A stretch of 58,861 nucleotides of DNA, filler included, from Sphacelaria rigidula (lineage: Eukaryota), in assembly GCA_964200075.2 (NCBI GenBank). It is 10 parts of 10 records of this genome, joined end to end, with 100 filler letters (N's around TTAATTAATTAA, not from the genome) between each part and the next. Parts side by side here need not be neighbours in the genome. Positions count along the whole stretch, not along the records: positions 1 to 5,797 come from CAXNAA020024398.1; positions 5,898 to 11,693 come from CAXNAA020024399.1; 8 more parts are not named here. The stretch is one strand, 5' to 3'. Below, in pieces: positions 1 to 11,693 of the stretch. The number at the start of each line of letters is the position of its first letter. Position 1 is the stretch's first letter. The notes beneath the pieces are model-generated. The model was not told where the DNA came from. It searched no databases and saw only the letters and a list, made by a program, of their open reading frames with translations. The translations under genes were made by a program, and so were the position numbers.

Positions 1-892
1 AGCATCCACGTTGTAGAAAGAGGGTTGTTTCTAGCTCAAAAAACGCCAACGAATGCAATGAAAGCATCGAAAATCAGATCGGACACGGGGAAGGGCTCGT
101 AAAAACATAACCGACTTCACTTATGTGTTGGAGGAAGTATATATTATATATACAGGCTGGTTCACGCAAAAGACCCAAAAATCTGTTATCAGCAAATGCC
201 TTCTGCAATACGCACTCAATAACCGCATATTTGGTGTCATACTGACCGCAGTGAACAGACGAAAAGGTTGACATAGCCGGATTTTTGTTCAAGGCTACAG
301 CGGTGGCGCTATGGGGGAAAATGTGTCTCGACCAATCAGCGCCTTTCAAAATATCCCGAAATTGAAAATACGAATTCCAAGCCCTATTTCCACCGAATCT
401 CTAAACGCTTCAAATCGTAGTGATCGTCATCACCTCAGGAATCTAACGGGAGAAGCAGATTTGAAAACGGTTCCAACGGGGTCAAATTATACCCAGAACC
501 GTAATGTTTCGGTGATTGGAGTTTGGCGTCGTCCAATTTCCACTCATGATACGTGGGAAAGACTCAAGAAGCCTCGCGACGATTTCCCTTATGTCTGTTG
601 CAGAAAAGCTCAGATCATCCTCAAACTTGACAGTTGTGTAGGTATCGATACTCCAAATGGAAAAATTGTGTCCATGGCAAGAGTTCAGAGTTTCTCCGTT
701 CTCTACCGGCTTCTGGGGGTCCCAGTACAAAGACCCCCGGAAGGCGGTACGGAATGACTCAAGAGAAAAAGGAATAACATAATGCGTCCCGGAATAGTCC
801 AAGAAACACATGTACAAAGTTTGGTGAAAAACTCGAAAATCTCACACAAATTTCCCTGCCTTGACGTAAAATTCACCCAACAAAGATGGTTT

Positions 893-1645
893 CATACTAA
901 AACCAAGTAGTTGGGAGTTGGCACGTTTCAAACTCACATCCTCGCACAAACGCTTATACCTTCACGCAGTTATTAGGACTTAGACCCTAAAACTTTGCAC
1001 AAATGTGCTATGAATCATTACGCACATTTCGATCAACGCGGTTCTTCTACTTCTTGATTGTTATTTACCGTTTTTCGGGGGTCCGACGGGATCCAAGTCG
1101 TTTTTTCGAAGTCGTCCATTCTAGGATCCCGGGAAACCAGCACTACGATTTTTTTCATTTTTGTCGCCAACGCTCTGTCGCCGCGAAACCCAGGGAAGAA
1201 CCCCACAAAATTTCGTGGCCAAAGTCGACAAACTGGTGCTTAAATTTCATGGTCACGTCAAAGAAGGTCCAAAAACGCCATTTTCATACTAAAATCTAGT
1301 AGTTTGCCGCTTCACCGTGGCACGGCAAGGTTCATCGCACAAACGCGAGAAACTTCACGCCGTTTTGAGGAGTCAGACCCTGAAATTTTGCACAGGCCTT
1401 CTATGGGTCATTACGCAACTTTGGGTGAACGAAGATTTTCTCTTGTTTTCTTTTTTACCGTTTTACAGGGGTCCGGCTGGATCAAATTTTCCCCGAAAAA
1501 ACTGGAACCCCGGCAAAACGGTGAAAAAAGTAGAAAAGTAAAAAAGTAAAAAAGTAAAGAAAACCTCTACCTTGGAAAGTCGCGTAATGACCCATAGAAC
1601 ACCTGTGAAAAATGGTCTAACTCCTTGAAACGTCGTGAAGTTTTG
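893..1645. repeat. Diverged internal repeats of a non-coding TE-like element: ~140-bp direct copies at ~893-1030 and ~1286-1423 plus an inverted partial copy at ~1574-1643
   Basis: The string catactaaaa..agtagtt..gcacaaacgc..cttcacgc..agaccct.aaa.tttgcaca..ctatg..tcattacgca occurs twice. Its reverse complement (gcgtaatgacccatagaa..gtgaag) follows. Confidence 0.6.
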
Positions 1646-1910
1646 CCGATGAGTGTTTTCTGGGTCTTTTCCGTGTACCAGCCTGTATGTATATGTATAT
1701 ATATATATATATATCGATCTGGGGCGAAAACATGGGAAAATGGGCAGAAATTTTGTTGGACATGAACATATTTCAAAATAACACACTATATTAGAATGAA
1801 AATAGAAATCAAGATTGCCGTCTTCAACGCTCAAAGCCAAAAAAAACACAGCATATTTTTTTCATCTTTGGCGAACCCATTGTGGTCGAAACTACACTAC
1901 TTCCTTTCAC

Positions 1911-2039
1911 CTCCTTCCACAAGCTCTGCTCCTGCACGCGGCGAACTCCGCCGCGCTTGGTGATGGTATCGAAGAGGGCGATGGTGTCCAGCACTGTGAC
2001 ACCGCCGTCGAGCGAGGGCACCTCGTTCAGCACATGCGC
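1911..2039 (-). CDS. Internal exon of an ARID/BRIGHT DNA-binding domain protein (AHVLNEVPSLDGGVTVLDTIALFDTITKRGGVRRVQEQSLWKE)
   Basis: 129-nt phase 0/0 exon bounded by ...gaaacAG and GTgaaa, with GC-rich codons. It matches the ARID pattern P-x-h-G..LD-h-x-x-L-F-x-x-h-x-x-R-G-G-x-x-x-V-x4-W-x-E. The rest of the gene was not identified in the contig. Confidence 0.8.
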
Positions 2040-2789
2040 CTGTTTCGCAAGTGTAGTTTAGTTGGTGTCATTATCCAAATGAAAAGGAGGCAGGGGGATG
2101 GACGGGCGCATGGACGGACGGACGGGGAGGAGGGAATAGGCTTCTCTTCCACTATCTCTATGTAATAAATCGGGTATGAGTGTTAGCCTTTTGCGCAAGA
2201 CCTTTTCCACCGAAGACACGCTGCAGAGGCCGGCCATTTATCTAGTTTTTTGTTGTTGTCTTTGTTGTTGTTTTTGTTTTGTCTTCTCTTCTCATTCTTT
2301 TCTTATATTTCCTCTCCTTTCCTTTCCTTTCCTTTCTTCTTCTTTTTTTCTCTTCATTTTCTTTTCATGTTTATTCTTTTTTTTTTCTCTTGGTGTACTG
2401 TGTCTGACCTACCTTTGCTTTCCTTAACTTTTCTTCAGCAAGTGTTTCAATTAGTTTCATCCCCGGTGCGTCCATCATGTAACGACGGCTAGATCCTCGG
2501 GAAATCACATGATGTGCGGCAATCAATCAATCAACCAATCAATCAATCGATCAATAGATACCCTTTTAATTTTTCTATCCGTGTTTTCTCGACCTTGACT
2601 TTTCGTACTCTCAAGCTTTTTTGTGCATTTAATCATGCGTTTTCCGACATTGAATCTTATCAACGGTATGTTATGACTTTTGCGCGTTTCAACATGCGTG
2701 TTCTCGTCATGATTTTTTGCATTATTTCATGCCCGTTGTGCTTTGTAGTTTGCACGGTTAGGACGAATCAGAGTTCATTCGAGTTGACT

Positions 2790-2990
2790 CCTCATGAAAT
2801 AATAGGCTTCAACCGCATGCGGACTGCTGGTCCCGCATGAACCCGAGGGTGGATAACATATGCAGCGGAGTCACCTCCGGCGCATTACAGATGGGAGAGA
2901 AGTACGCGTGATTGAAGGCCCATGAAATGAGAGGATTCAACCATGTGCCGACTCTTAGTCCCGCATGAACCCGACGGTGGGAAACATGTA
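2790..2990 (+). repeat. Diverged ~130-bp-period duplication
   Basis: catgaaat..ttcaacc..g.cgga/gact..gtcccgcatgaacccga.ggtgg occurs at ~2793-2860 and ~2921-2990. Confidence 0.6.
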
Positions 2991-3574
2991 CCTCAGACGG
3001 TGTACTGCACGACTCAAGAGCTCAAAACCTGTATAGATTATAAATCATGTAATATTATTACTGATTGGAATGATGATCATGAGTTGAATCACGATTTCAT
3101 TCCTCCTAACCGTGGTAGGTTTGCGCTGAATCTTGGTTGGTTGTTGTTTTTCAGGTACATTTTTCGGCGTACATGGAAGCAAAAGCTGTACACGTCGGAC
3201 AGGTCATGAGCTAGCTACCCGAAATAAATAATCGAAGAAAACTCTCAGATCCGTCGTATGAAGACACAAAACACGTGACAGCAGTGTCCGAGAAGCCAAG
3301 GCGTTACCTTCCCGCTACACCTACACCCCGTGCTCGGCGCCCATCGCTGTCGGGAGCTAATACGGAAATAGTGGCCGAATCAGCTAGCTCATGATCCGGA
3401 TCAGTACTCTAATAAGAGATCCGTATCAGTACTCTAATAAGAAGTAATATCCAGGTAGCTCATGACCTGCCCGACGTGTGAAAAGCTTGGGGAGGGATGC
3501 CGCGTCTTATTCCGGGGGTGGACCATTTGAACTAGGGACACACGAATATATATATGACAATGACTATAATTATG

Positions 3575-3800
3575 CCAATGACTTATTATGATTAGCACTA
3601 TTACTGCTACTATTACTATCACTATTACTATTACTATTGCTATGGTTGTTACTATCACTATTACTATTGCTATCGTTGTTACTATCACTATTGCTATCAC
3701 TCTATATCACCACTACTGTTACCGTTACTCTTACTCACTCTTACTCTTGATCTTACTACTTCTGCTACTACTACTGTTACTATTATTACTACTATTATTA
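3575..3800. repeat. Degenerate (ACT)n/(ATTACT)n microsatellite
   Basis: Visible directly; it generates the spurious ITITIT/LLLL ORFs. Confidence 0.9.
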
Positions 3801-3963
3801 TGTCATCATTGTTACACTTCCCAGTAACTTTTTGCTTGAAAGAAAGCACCGCACCGCAACTTCAGAAACAAAATGGTCGGCTCATACCACTCGCTCGCAG
3901 GCGCCATGACTGAGCACCCGCAAGATACAATGAAGTGAAAAAGAGTGCTTCAACTGGGGCGCT

Positions 3964-4353
3964 TCAGTAGAGGAGCGCGTGAGGCTTTGGCGTATGGAAG
4001 CTTGTGGCGACCGCTGCTGTTGCACGAGTATTATACGTGGTCATTCCCGGCGGCAGCAGCGGATATACGGAAGTGACGTTTTCACTTGATTCCGATGTGG
4101 CGTCGAAAATTTGGGCCCACATTTCCGCTTTTCCGCTCGTCGGAGAAGTACTGTATATAGCGCCCGCGGTCTCAGTGAAGTACGTCTGGCCAACCAGAAC
4201 AAAAAAACCTTGGGGTGCCTCATTACTCGTAATCATACGATCATACAAAGTACACGAAGGTAGCAGTTTCCAGAGCGTTAGGTACGTGGCTTGCGGAGCG
4301 TTCTTGGCGACTTGAAAAAATACGGTATGGCCCCCTTCTCCGCTGTCGGGAGG
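3964..4353 (-). CDS. Possible exon of an unknown protein (PPDSGEGGHTVFFQVAK...)
   Basis: Plausible acceptor (gttttgtcctgctatgttcAG at 4355-4354) followed by ~129 open codons. No confident domain match, and the 3' boundary is uncertain. Confidence 0.25.
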   Translation of the reverse strand, partial: PPDSGEGGHTVFFQVAKNAPQATYLTLWKLLPSCTLYDRMITSNEAPQGFFVLVGQTYFTETAGAIYSTSPTSGKAEMWAQIFDATSESSENVTSVYPLLPPGMTTYNTRATAAVATSFHTPKPHALLY

Positions 4354-4831
4354 CTGAACATAGCAGGACAAAACAACCAGTGTGTGTGTGTGTGTGTCCT
4401 CGTCTTGCCCTGCAAACAGCCTAAGCTGTTTCTACATCTCCGCTGTCATGTTCCACAGCAACGGTGCAGTGTGCAGCAGCCATCGTATCTTGACGACACA
4501 AGATGGGGCGGCCAGGCCGCAAAATACTGACCCAAGAATAAAAAATAAAAAGTAAACGTACAAGAGTACGTCATTTTTTGCTTGTGCGATTACAAAGTTG
4601 AATGGTCGTTGCAGGAATGGTCAAATACCGCTTCACCAGCCAATCAGGTGCTATCGGATGATTTGTACGGAACACCATGAATGATGAGACCGACCGAAAT
4701 GGTGACTCCACCCCCTTCACGTTTGTTGCCCGACAAAGAAATTTCCTCGAAACGCACATGGGTAACCTGGAAAGCTTTCTCCGACGACCTGGAAACCCGC
4801 TTACCCCCCCCCCCCCCCCCCTTCCCCCCCT

Positions 4832-4895
4832 GCTCTATCTCGAAAGGGATGCGTGGTCAATGGTCAAACAACCAAGGCAAGCAATAAATGAGCAC
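4832..4895 (+). mobile_element. Short interspersed element, family A (~64 bp, GCTCCGTCTCGAAAGGGATGCGTGGTCAATGGTCAAACGACTAAGGCAAGCAACAAATGAGTAC)
   Basis: Similar copies at 23703-23766(-), 39572-39635, 44788-44851, 44886-44947, 47005-47068 and a partial copy at ~45274-45318(-). This copy is flanked by C tracts. Confidence 0.85.
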
Positions 4896-4916
4896 ACACC
4901 CCCACACACTATCAGT

Positions 4917-5210
4917 GACGTGAGAAAATTGAAATGGCAATATAGCGTAAGGAGCATGCCAAGAAAGAGATTGCCAGCCATAGTTGATGGGGCTATATGG
5001 GAGAAAGTGACCAGAGAGCAGGCTGGTGTAAGGTGGGATAGCGTAGTCGAGAAAGTATGGGAGGATATACGAGGAAACCAAGACGAGATGATGTCCATAG
5101 GTTAATGCGAGGGGTACAAGACAAAAGTAAGGGAAATTATAGAAATGAGCGGAAAAAAGCGGTAAGACGGACAATAAACGAGGAAAAACACCTGAAGGTA
5201 TGCGGGGGGT
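4917..5210 (+). mobile_element. Remnant of the C-terminal (post-RT) region of a non-LTR retrotransposon ORF
   Basis: Translates as DVRKLKWQYSVRSMPRKRLPAIVDGAIWEKVTREQAGVRWDSVVEKVWEDI..., fitting the LINE post-RT pattern R-k-L-x-W...h-x-x-M-p-x-x-R-l-P...R-W. It is interrupted by a stop/frameshift at ~5103. Confidence 0.65.
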
Positions 5211-5218
5211 CCATAGGT

Positions 5219-5246
5219 TAACCCTAACCCTAACCCTAACCCTAAC
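5219..5246 (-). repeat. Interstitial telomere-type repeat (TAACCC)4+ / (TTAGGG)n
   Basis: taaccctaaccctaaccctaaccctaac read directly. Confidence 0.9.
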
Positions 5247-5385
5247 TGCAGGATTGCACATCCTGGGAAACAGATTCTATTATCAGAAAACGTACTGCGT
5301 ACAGTATGAAATATATTGCCTGTTACGATAGGCGCAATAGTCGGTACTGTACGCAGTACACTTTTTGACTGTGTATTCTTTTGTC

Positions 5386-5797
5386 CAGGGTGTGCAGCAG
5401 TATTGAAAATCTAAAGGAACAAAAAAATATACCAGTACATACGATATTTCAAAATATCGACGAATATATAGACGATGTTTCAAAATATTGACGAAAAAGC
5501 GTCGATACCGATATTTTTTTCGATAGTAGGAAAATGACGATACGTATCGAGTATCAAGTATCGATACGATACAGCAACTTTGGTAGGAACGCAGCTTGCA
5601 AATATTCACGGTACTACTCTGGCAACGCAGCAACCTAACCCGAAGTGGGGTGCACGCCTGGTTGTGTGAAGATACAGCAGCAGAAAAGTGTGTATTGGAC
5701 ATCATAGAAGTGGCGGCATCACACGCGGCGTGATGCTTCCGTCTAACAAAAATCGTTCTTCATCGTGCAAGACAAGAAGCAAAAGAGGTACTTGATC
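5386..5797 (+). mobile_element. End of a non-autonomous DNA transposon with ATATCGA/GATACG subterminal repeats (possibly hAT-like); second copy at ~56445-56830
   Basis: Dense tatcga/gatacg motifs are followed by ~230 bp alignable with 56585-56830 (e.g. acacgcggcgtgatgcttc...catcgtgcaaga...aaaagaggt..tgatc). The superfamily is inferred only from the CAGGG-like end and subterminal repeats. Confidence 0.6.
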
Positions 5798-5897
5798 NNN
5801 NNNNNNNNNNNNNNNNNNNNNNNNNNNNNNNNNNNNNNNNNTTAATTAATTAANNNNNNNNNNNNNNNNNNNNNNNNNNNNNNNNNNNNNNNNNNNN
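5798..5897. other. Artificial contig-joining spacer (44 N + TTAATTAATTAA + 44 N); identical spacers at 11694-11793, 17590-17689, 23486-23585, 29382-29481, 35278-35377, 41174-41273, 47070-47169, 52966-53065
   Basis: Nine identical 100-nt blocks containing a self-complementary all-frame stop linker. The segments between them are 5797 then 5796 bp, as expected for length-sorted contig concatenation. Confidence 0.99.
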
Positions 5898-7234
5898 AAC
5901 GAACTCGTGCACAAGTGGATGGTAGTCAAATAATAAGTAGAATGAAAGGTCCCACCCGAAATAGTGAAATTTCGTACTCGTTGACCGAAGTTTTGTTATT
6001 TGCCTAGTTCAGTGATCAACCTGCACTATAGAGTGAGGCAAATGTTGACAACAACTGGGACTGCCGTCTGTTTGTATCATGGCGCTTCTCACCGGGACTA
6101 TTGTGTTCGGTCATATCATCTACGGTGCGGCTCGAGCCAGGAGAGAAAAAATGTTAAGGAAGATGTACACTGAAATATTCAATCTTCATATTAATCAAGA
6201 GAGCAAAACAGGTGTGTTTTCACCAACTCGCCATAAGGTAGCAAGGGCATCACGTGACAAAACAAATAATCAGCCATCATAATGCGCGCTGGGTGATGCG
6301 CACTGGGAGCGACGCGCTCGTGCTCACGCTTACGACGACACAAAGGTAATCAAGCTACGGAGACCACTATAGTGGTTCCCACCGCGCTTGGGTAAGGTGA
6401 AGAGACGCAAGCAGTCGAATTATTAAAAATAATCAATGTATTCTTGACCATGACAGGTACCCCGCAAAAATAACTGCGAGATACAATGCTGCTCAGGCGA
6501 AGATTTCAATTCTGCCGCGTACGTACGGAATGAGTGAAGTGTAACTCTTTGCCTCAAGCAACAGCGGGCAAGAGCTATGCTTCTATCATGAAACGCGTGC
6601 AGAACTCCACATGCCATAACATCAATTAACGAGATTATCATCCCAGGATCATAGACCGAATAACGCACAATAGAGGAAGAGGAATGATAGCCTGAACCGG
6701 AAGCCACAAAAATTTGCACTTGCGAAAAAGGTGCTTCAAGATAGAACAGCTGCTCAGGCGGGAGTTTACGTTCGTCGTGCGTACTGCTGTATTGAGTGGA
6801 GATTGTAAATACCCGCCAATGACGCGAATCAGTGGGCTCATATCCATATTAATAACAGTATGATCTCGGGATATTGTATGTCGACAAAGACTCAACCGAA
6901 ATATGAAGTGATACATGAGCTGAGGCTACGAGATGAACCTCAAGACTAAGGTCCATCCTTGTGTGCTTGCACCGCTTGAAGATGCGTGTCCACAACGTTA
7001 GTGTAGCGATATCGCTCACAGCGTGGCTTCGGAGGAGGTGGCTATGCGCTAGTCCTGTACGCGATGCCATTTGAGTAAAGCAGAACGGCGTGCCTCCCAC
7101 GCAGTTCGATTCGATGCTTTTACAGGTTAGAGTCAGAATCTTCAGCTATTCTTGATTGAGCAGGAAGCGCGGAGTTGATGTCGGAAGGCATGAGTCTCTA
7201 CACGTTGTATCCTTTGAATGCAACAGCTGCACGC

Positions 7235-7660
7235 ACGATTTTTGACGCGTAATACAGCCGGCAGGAGCAATGTAGCGCTGTATGCACCCATGATGTTGCA
7301 CACTGTATTGTTATACATGAACGCCGCCCCCATTAAATGCACTATGCCTCACATAATTACCGTCCGCTAATCCGCGACACTGGCACATTGGGTCGGTGTT
7401 ACATCGGATGATGCCAGAGATTATTGGCACCGCTCGTTTTCTCCTTTAAATGTAACACAGCCGCGCGCACGATGTTTGACAGGTGATACAGCTGGCAGGA
7501 CCAACGTGGCGCTGGCTACACCCATTCGCAAAAACTGTATTGTTGTACGTGAACGCCGCACCGGTTAAATGAACGATGCATCACCGAATTGCTGTCCGCT
7601 AATGCGCGATACTGGCCCAGCGGGTCGGTGTTACCTCGAACGTCATCAGATTTTAGTGGC
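7235..7660 (+). repeat. Diverged ~236-bp tandem duplication
   Basis: atacagc.ggcagga.caa.gt.gcgct...actgtattgtt.tac.tgaacgccgc...gtccgctaat.cgcga.actggc...gggtcggtgttac occurs twice. Confidence 0.8.
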
Positions 7661-9859
7661 AGCGATGGGGCGAAAAACCGAAACAATCAAGGGGGTATTC
7701 ACAGCAAGCAACTGCTGATGGGAGCTATTGATAAGGAGTAATGAGCGCCGATGTGTGCGTTACACACCAAGTCGATGGTGCTGTTATACCCTCCCGTTTG
7801 TTTTTTGCGGGAAAACCGAGATGCCGCACCTCGCTTCATGCTTTGAGTGACACGAGTGCTACTTCGAACAAGAGCCGGATCCAGTGGTATGGATTGTTTA
7901 GACAGGTCCCAAATGAGGATACTTGGATCTTTATGCCACTGCACCGGTTGTCAAATCCACTCCACGCAACAGCTGCGGTGCGCTCGGTGATAGCCGCGTG
8001 ATGTAGCTTCTAGGAGCAACGTTGTGTTTTCTTTAGCCATCATGTCACGGTTACGGTGAGATACCTGTGAATCTGCGATGGCGCTCGAATGAAGCAGGGA
8101 TCACGGGAAACGATGGAACAAAATGAGGGTATCTTCGCCAAGTACGGCTAAACTATTCCGAAATGAGGGGTGGTGATGTCATATTAATCCTTTCTGCAGA
8201 CTGTACTGACTGTCGCAACTACATTACAGTACAGATGCCCAACATGCGGGACTAGCGCGACAGAACGTTGTTCGTCTCACCGAAAATGAAAGAGTCCACA
8301 TACCCACGAAGTTTTTAACAGAAGTGCAGACAGCACTGCGTGCGACTAAGATTGGTTTCGGTAGGGACGAACATAACAACAGGATCACTGCTTATGCAAT
8401 CCAAAACAGTGTTCGTGGTTCGTGAATGTACCGCAGCAGAACGGACAGGAAAAGCTTCGACACCTGAAAGGGCTTGAAGGCTTTTGCTGTGAGACAGTAG
8501 GGAAACAAGATGTTCCACGGTTTAGTCCTCCGGCTGATTGTGGAATGGTCTTCAAATTGAAGCCAACGCCAAGTGAACACTCCACTATAGCCGCACTTCT
8601 TTCCATTCACCTTGGGCTATCCGGATCGGTTTTGGGAAGGTTGACGTGAGATGCGAGCTTCACACGCTAATTAATTAAGCAGATTCGGACCCGGTACATC
8701 TTCAGTATGCCGACTTATGTACACCAGGCGGTCAGACCTCTGTCAAATACCCCACACTTGCATCTGGGCAAACTGATTATGTACACAGGACCATACCCAT
8801 GGTGTCACACGGTAATTGAGTGACTGAGCTGTATTGAAATGCACTGAAATTCGGTACCGCTGCTTCTGCATAGCTTAACGACAAATACTGTAGCGCATCC
8901 AGGCGGGCAGTCAGGTCGTGGTGACGCTACATCAGCCGTTCACCAGCGCCAGCGATGCTTGAAGGGCCGTACTTTAAAACCTGACATGTTGACTGTGATG
9001 CGGCTTCACAACGCCGCCGCGTACCGTTACTCGCCATATACATTCAGGTTCACAGTGCTACCGCGTGTCTGGTAAAAATGGTGTAAAGAAGGTGGCGGTT
9101 AAAACTAACGATGCACGGTAGATCGAAACGTTCCGTCTATCAAACCCTAAACCTTATCACGACCTGCCTTGGCGAGTCTCTATCAAATTATGAATTACGC
9201 CTGCCGACAGACTGAGCAGACAATTGTCATTAACGGGAAGTTGCGAAGTTTGAATGGACGAAACGCGGCACCCCCCGCTCGGGGGGGGGGGCAGATCATT
9301 GAGTTGCGGGAGGTTCACTGTTATGAAAAATGGATGTACACCCCTCGCAGCTCTCCCTGCTGGATAGTTCGAGGGCTGGGGGATATCTGCTCCGATACTA
9401 AATAAAAACCAGACCCAACGGTGTAGTTTAGTTACGTTCACAACTTTTGAAGAAACCCAGCAAACAATCATCGGTTATGATCCGCGAAATATATGAGGGT
9501 TGAGAGGAGAACGTTTCCGTTCTAAAACGGTCGATAGTCTAACGTGAAGCTCCTGTCGCGCGACCAGTGAGTAGTGCAACTAGCCCTTGCTGGTGCACGT
9601 TGTACTAGTGTGTAGCAATTATGACAGTATACACTAGAATGTATACACCTTTTCGATTACCCGCTCCATATTATCGATAGGAAATAACACGGTGAATCAA
9701 GAATGGTCCATAATCATCAGTCATCATTAACTCAAGGAATGGGACCATTTACCCATGTTCACCCTGGCTGGGGTGATCAATTCAACACTGCCACGTTCGG
9801 GCAGCTACGGAGAGTGCTGCGAGACAAGATACCTGCACGAGGCCACCAGACAGACACTA

Positions 9860-10005
9860 CACCATCTCCCGTTGTTTGTCCACACTGCACCTATCGACGA
9901 TCAAATTCCAACGCGGTTTATCTACCGTGCATGCTATGACTACCATCAGACAAGGCTGCGTTTGTCTGGGCAGGGCTTCTGGTCTTGAGGGTCTACGGGT
10001 TCCAC
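9860..10005 (+). pseudogene. Possible degenerate Pif1-like (SF1B) helicase C-terminal motifs
   Basis: LSTIKFQRGLS...RQGCVCLGRASGLEGLRV resembles the Pif1 motifs A-x-T-I-H-K-S-Q-G and G-Q-x-Y-V-A-L-S-R-x-x-S-L-E-G-L. Highly decayed; judged by eye only. Confidence 0.35.
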
Positions 10006-11640
10006 ACATCCCTTTTGCCGATATATATCGAGAAAAAACCGACCAGGCGGTTGGCTGTTACTGAACAACGAAAGTATTAAATGTAGACATTATGCACTAT
10101 GCTAGCATGAAAGCCAGACAACGTGTGAATGAATGGGGGAATGCGCGTGAGTACGGAGTATGCGTGCGTTATACATTAGGCTCACCTACAAGCAGGCAGG
10201 AAATCACTACATACAGGGAAACATGATGTTACATGAAGCTAGGGAGGGTATCACCTGCGACCACGTAAAATACCATGTTATGCTATGCTTGCTTACACGC
10301 GGTGGTAGGTCAAATACGTCGCAAAACAGCAATGAGACCGTTGAAGCGGTGCGATCTCCCTCACGCCTTGAAATAAAAACTTGCCCTCACGGGTGAGTGC
10401 ACAGGATCGAAATGTGAAAGCCAATCGTGCAAGGAGCTGTGAGATGAGACAGCTTCATGCTTGCTTTCCAGCCGTGACAGGTCAAATCTTGTCGTGTAGA
10501 CCTGAATGAGTAGAGTCATGGTGGATGCTAGGATTGCATGACTCTCTAGACTACTTTACTAAATCTTTCCATGCAACAGCTGCTGTGTGCTCCCTGCTAT
10601 GTGATGCAGCTGAAAAGAGCAACACAACACTATGCCGTCTTCACCCATCAAGATTGTGCTTACTGTATTTTCCACACGGGAGTTTTCATCACGTTTGCAC
10701 ACCAGAAACGGGATGGTGTATACAGACGAGGTTGACAGTAAATATCAGTTGAACTCTTACTAATTCGAGTATAATCTATCGTCGTGCGCCGCTGGACGGA
10801 CTAACGTTAGAATTGTTCACAACTGACGCTGCTGTTGCTGTACGCTGTGATTATTGGAGTTTCATACAGCTGACTGGAATGGAACCACGGTACAATATGC
10901 TGCTCCACATATACTCAAACTCGACAAGACCCGCTGAATTAAAAATCGCTTGTGTCTCCACACATTGAGTTGCGATAACACCCTTGGGTTTTACGACATG
11001 CTACCGTTTCATTTATTGTGATGCTGTTACAATATGGCTGTACGAGATGACGGTACTGACTGATTACGGCCTGCACCATCTCCTCGATGAATTCTTTTCA
11101 CTTTGTACTCAGTCTAACAGTGCATGAGTAATGTGCTTTCACTGTAGGAACAAAACTGTTCCGAATCACCATTGAATATCAAATGTCGGACTATGCATGC
11201 GGAAGAACCTCTGCCGTGTACTGTCTATTCGAGACTATATACTGTGGGGACACATGAGGTAGTAATGGCCGTGCTGCCTGAGTGAAACTACTCAACACGA
11301 TATCAACCAGCAGATGGGAGTTAAAGAACTGCCTACGGAAAAGATACACAGGAGCTATTGAGATGTTGTCGGCTACAACTAGCAGCGAGTACAGCATATA
11401 CTTTTAGGAACGCGAACCACTTGCTAGAGTATCTCATGCATGGCCATGGATGCAACGGTGAAAGAATGTATTTTTTACTCTCTATATACTTCGCAAATTC
11501 ACGAAACTGCTCGTGTGACCGTAATGCCATACTGGTTGTAAATACATGCTACAAGGCACGATACCGTGTGAGCCGATTTGTCGTGAACGGAAATTCCAAA
11601 GCTTGAATCAACATGGGGTATTTACCCTGCCCCGGTCAGG

Positions 11641-11693
11641 GGGTGTACTCATGATCATGCATGCCATAGTCATCAGACCATTGACCTCGCATC
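11641..11693 (-). mobile_element. Family B short element, cut by the contig end
   Basis: gggtgtactcatgatcatgcatgccatagtcatcagaccattgacctcgcatc matches 23032-23080. Confidence 0.8.

Larger units (their letters stand above)
6345..11640. mobile_element. Large decayed repetitive element shared, in inverted orientation, with contig 7
   Basis: Reverse-complement homology blocks: ~6350-6500 with ~38730-38870, ~10350-10466 with ~37041-37156, ~10465-10630 with ~36700-36885, and ~10865-11640 with ~35925-36690. The sequence between blocks is not shown to be homologous. Confidence 0.7.

Noticed and set aside
3964..4353. ELWxxDGT beta-propeller repeats in the minus-strand ORF
   Set aside because: Only a vague F..LW periodicity, and the DGT core is absent; kept only as a low-confidence unknown exon.
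8668..8678. Native TAATTAATTAA resembling the linker
   Set aside because: No flanking Ns and off the 5896-bp period; most likely a chance AT-rich match.
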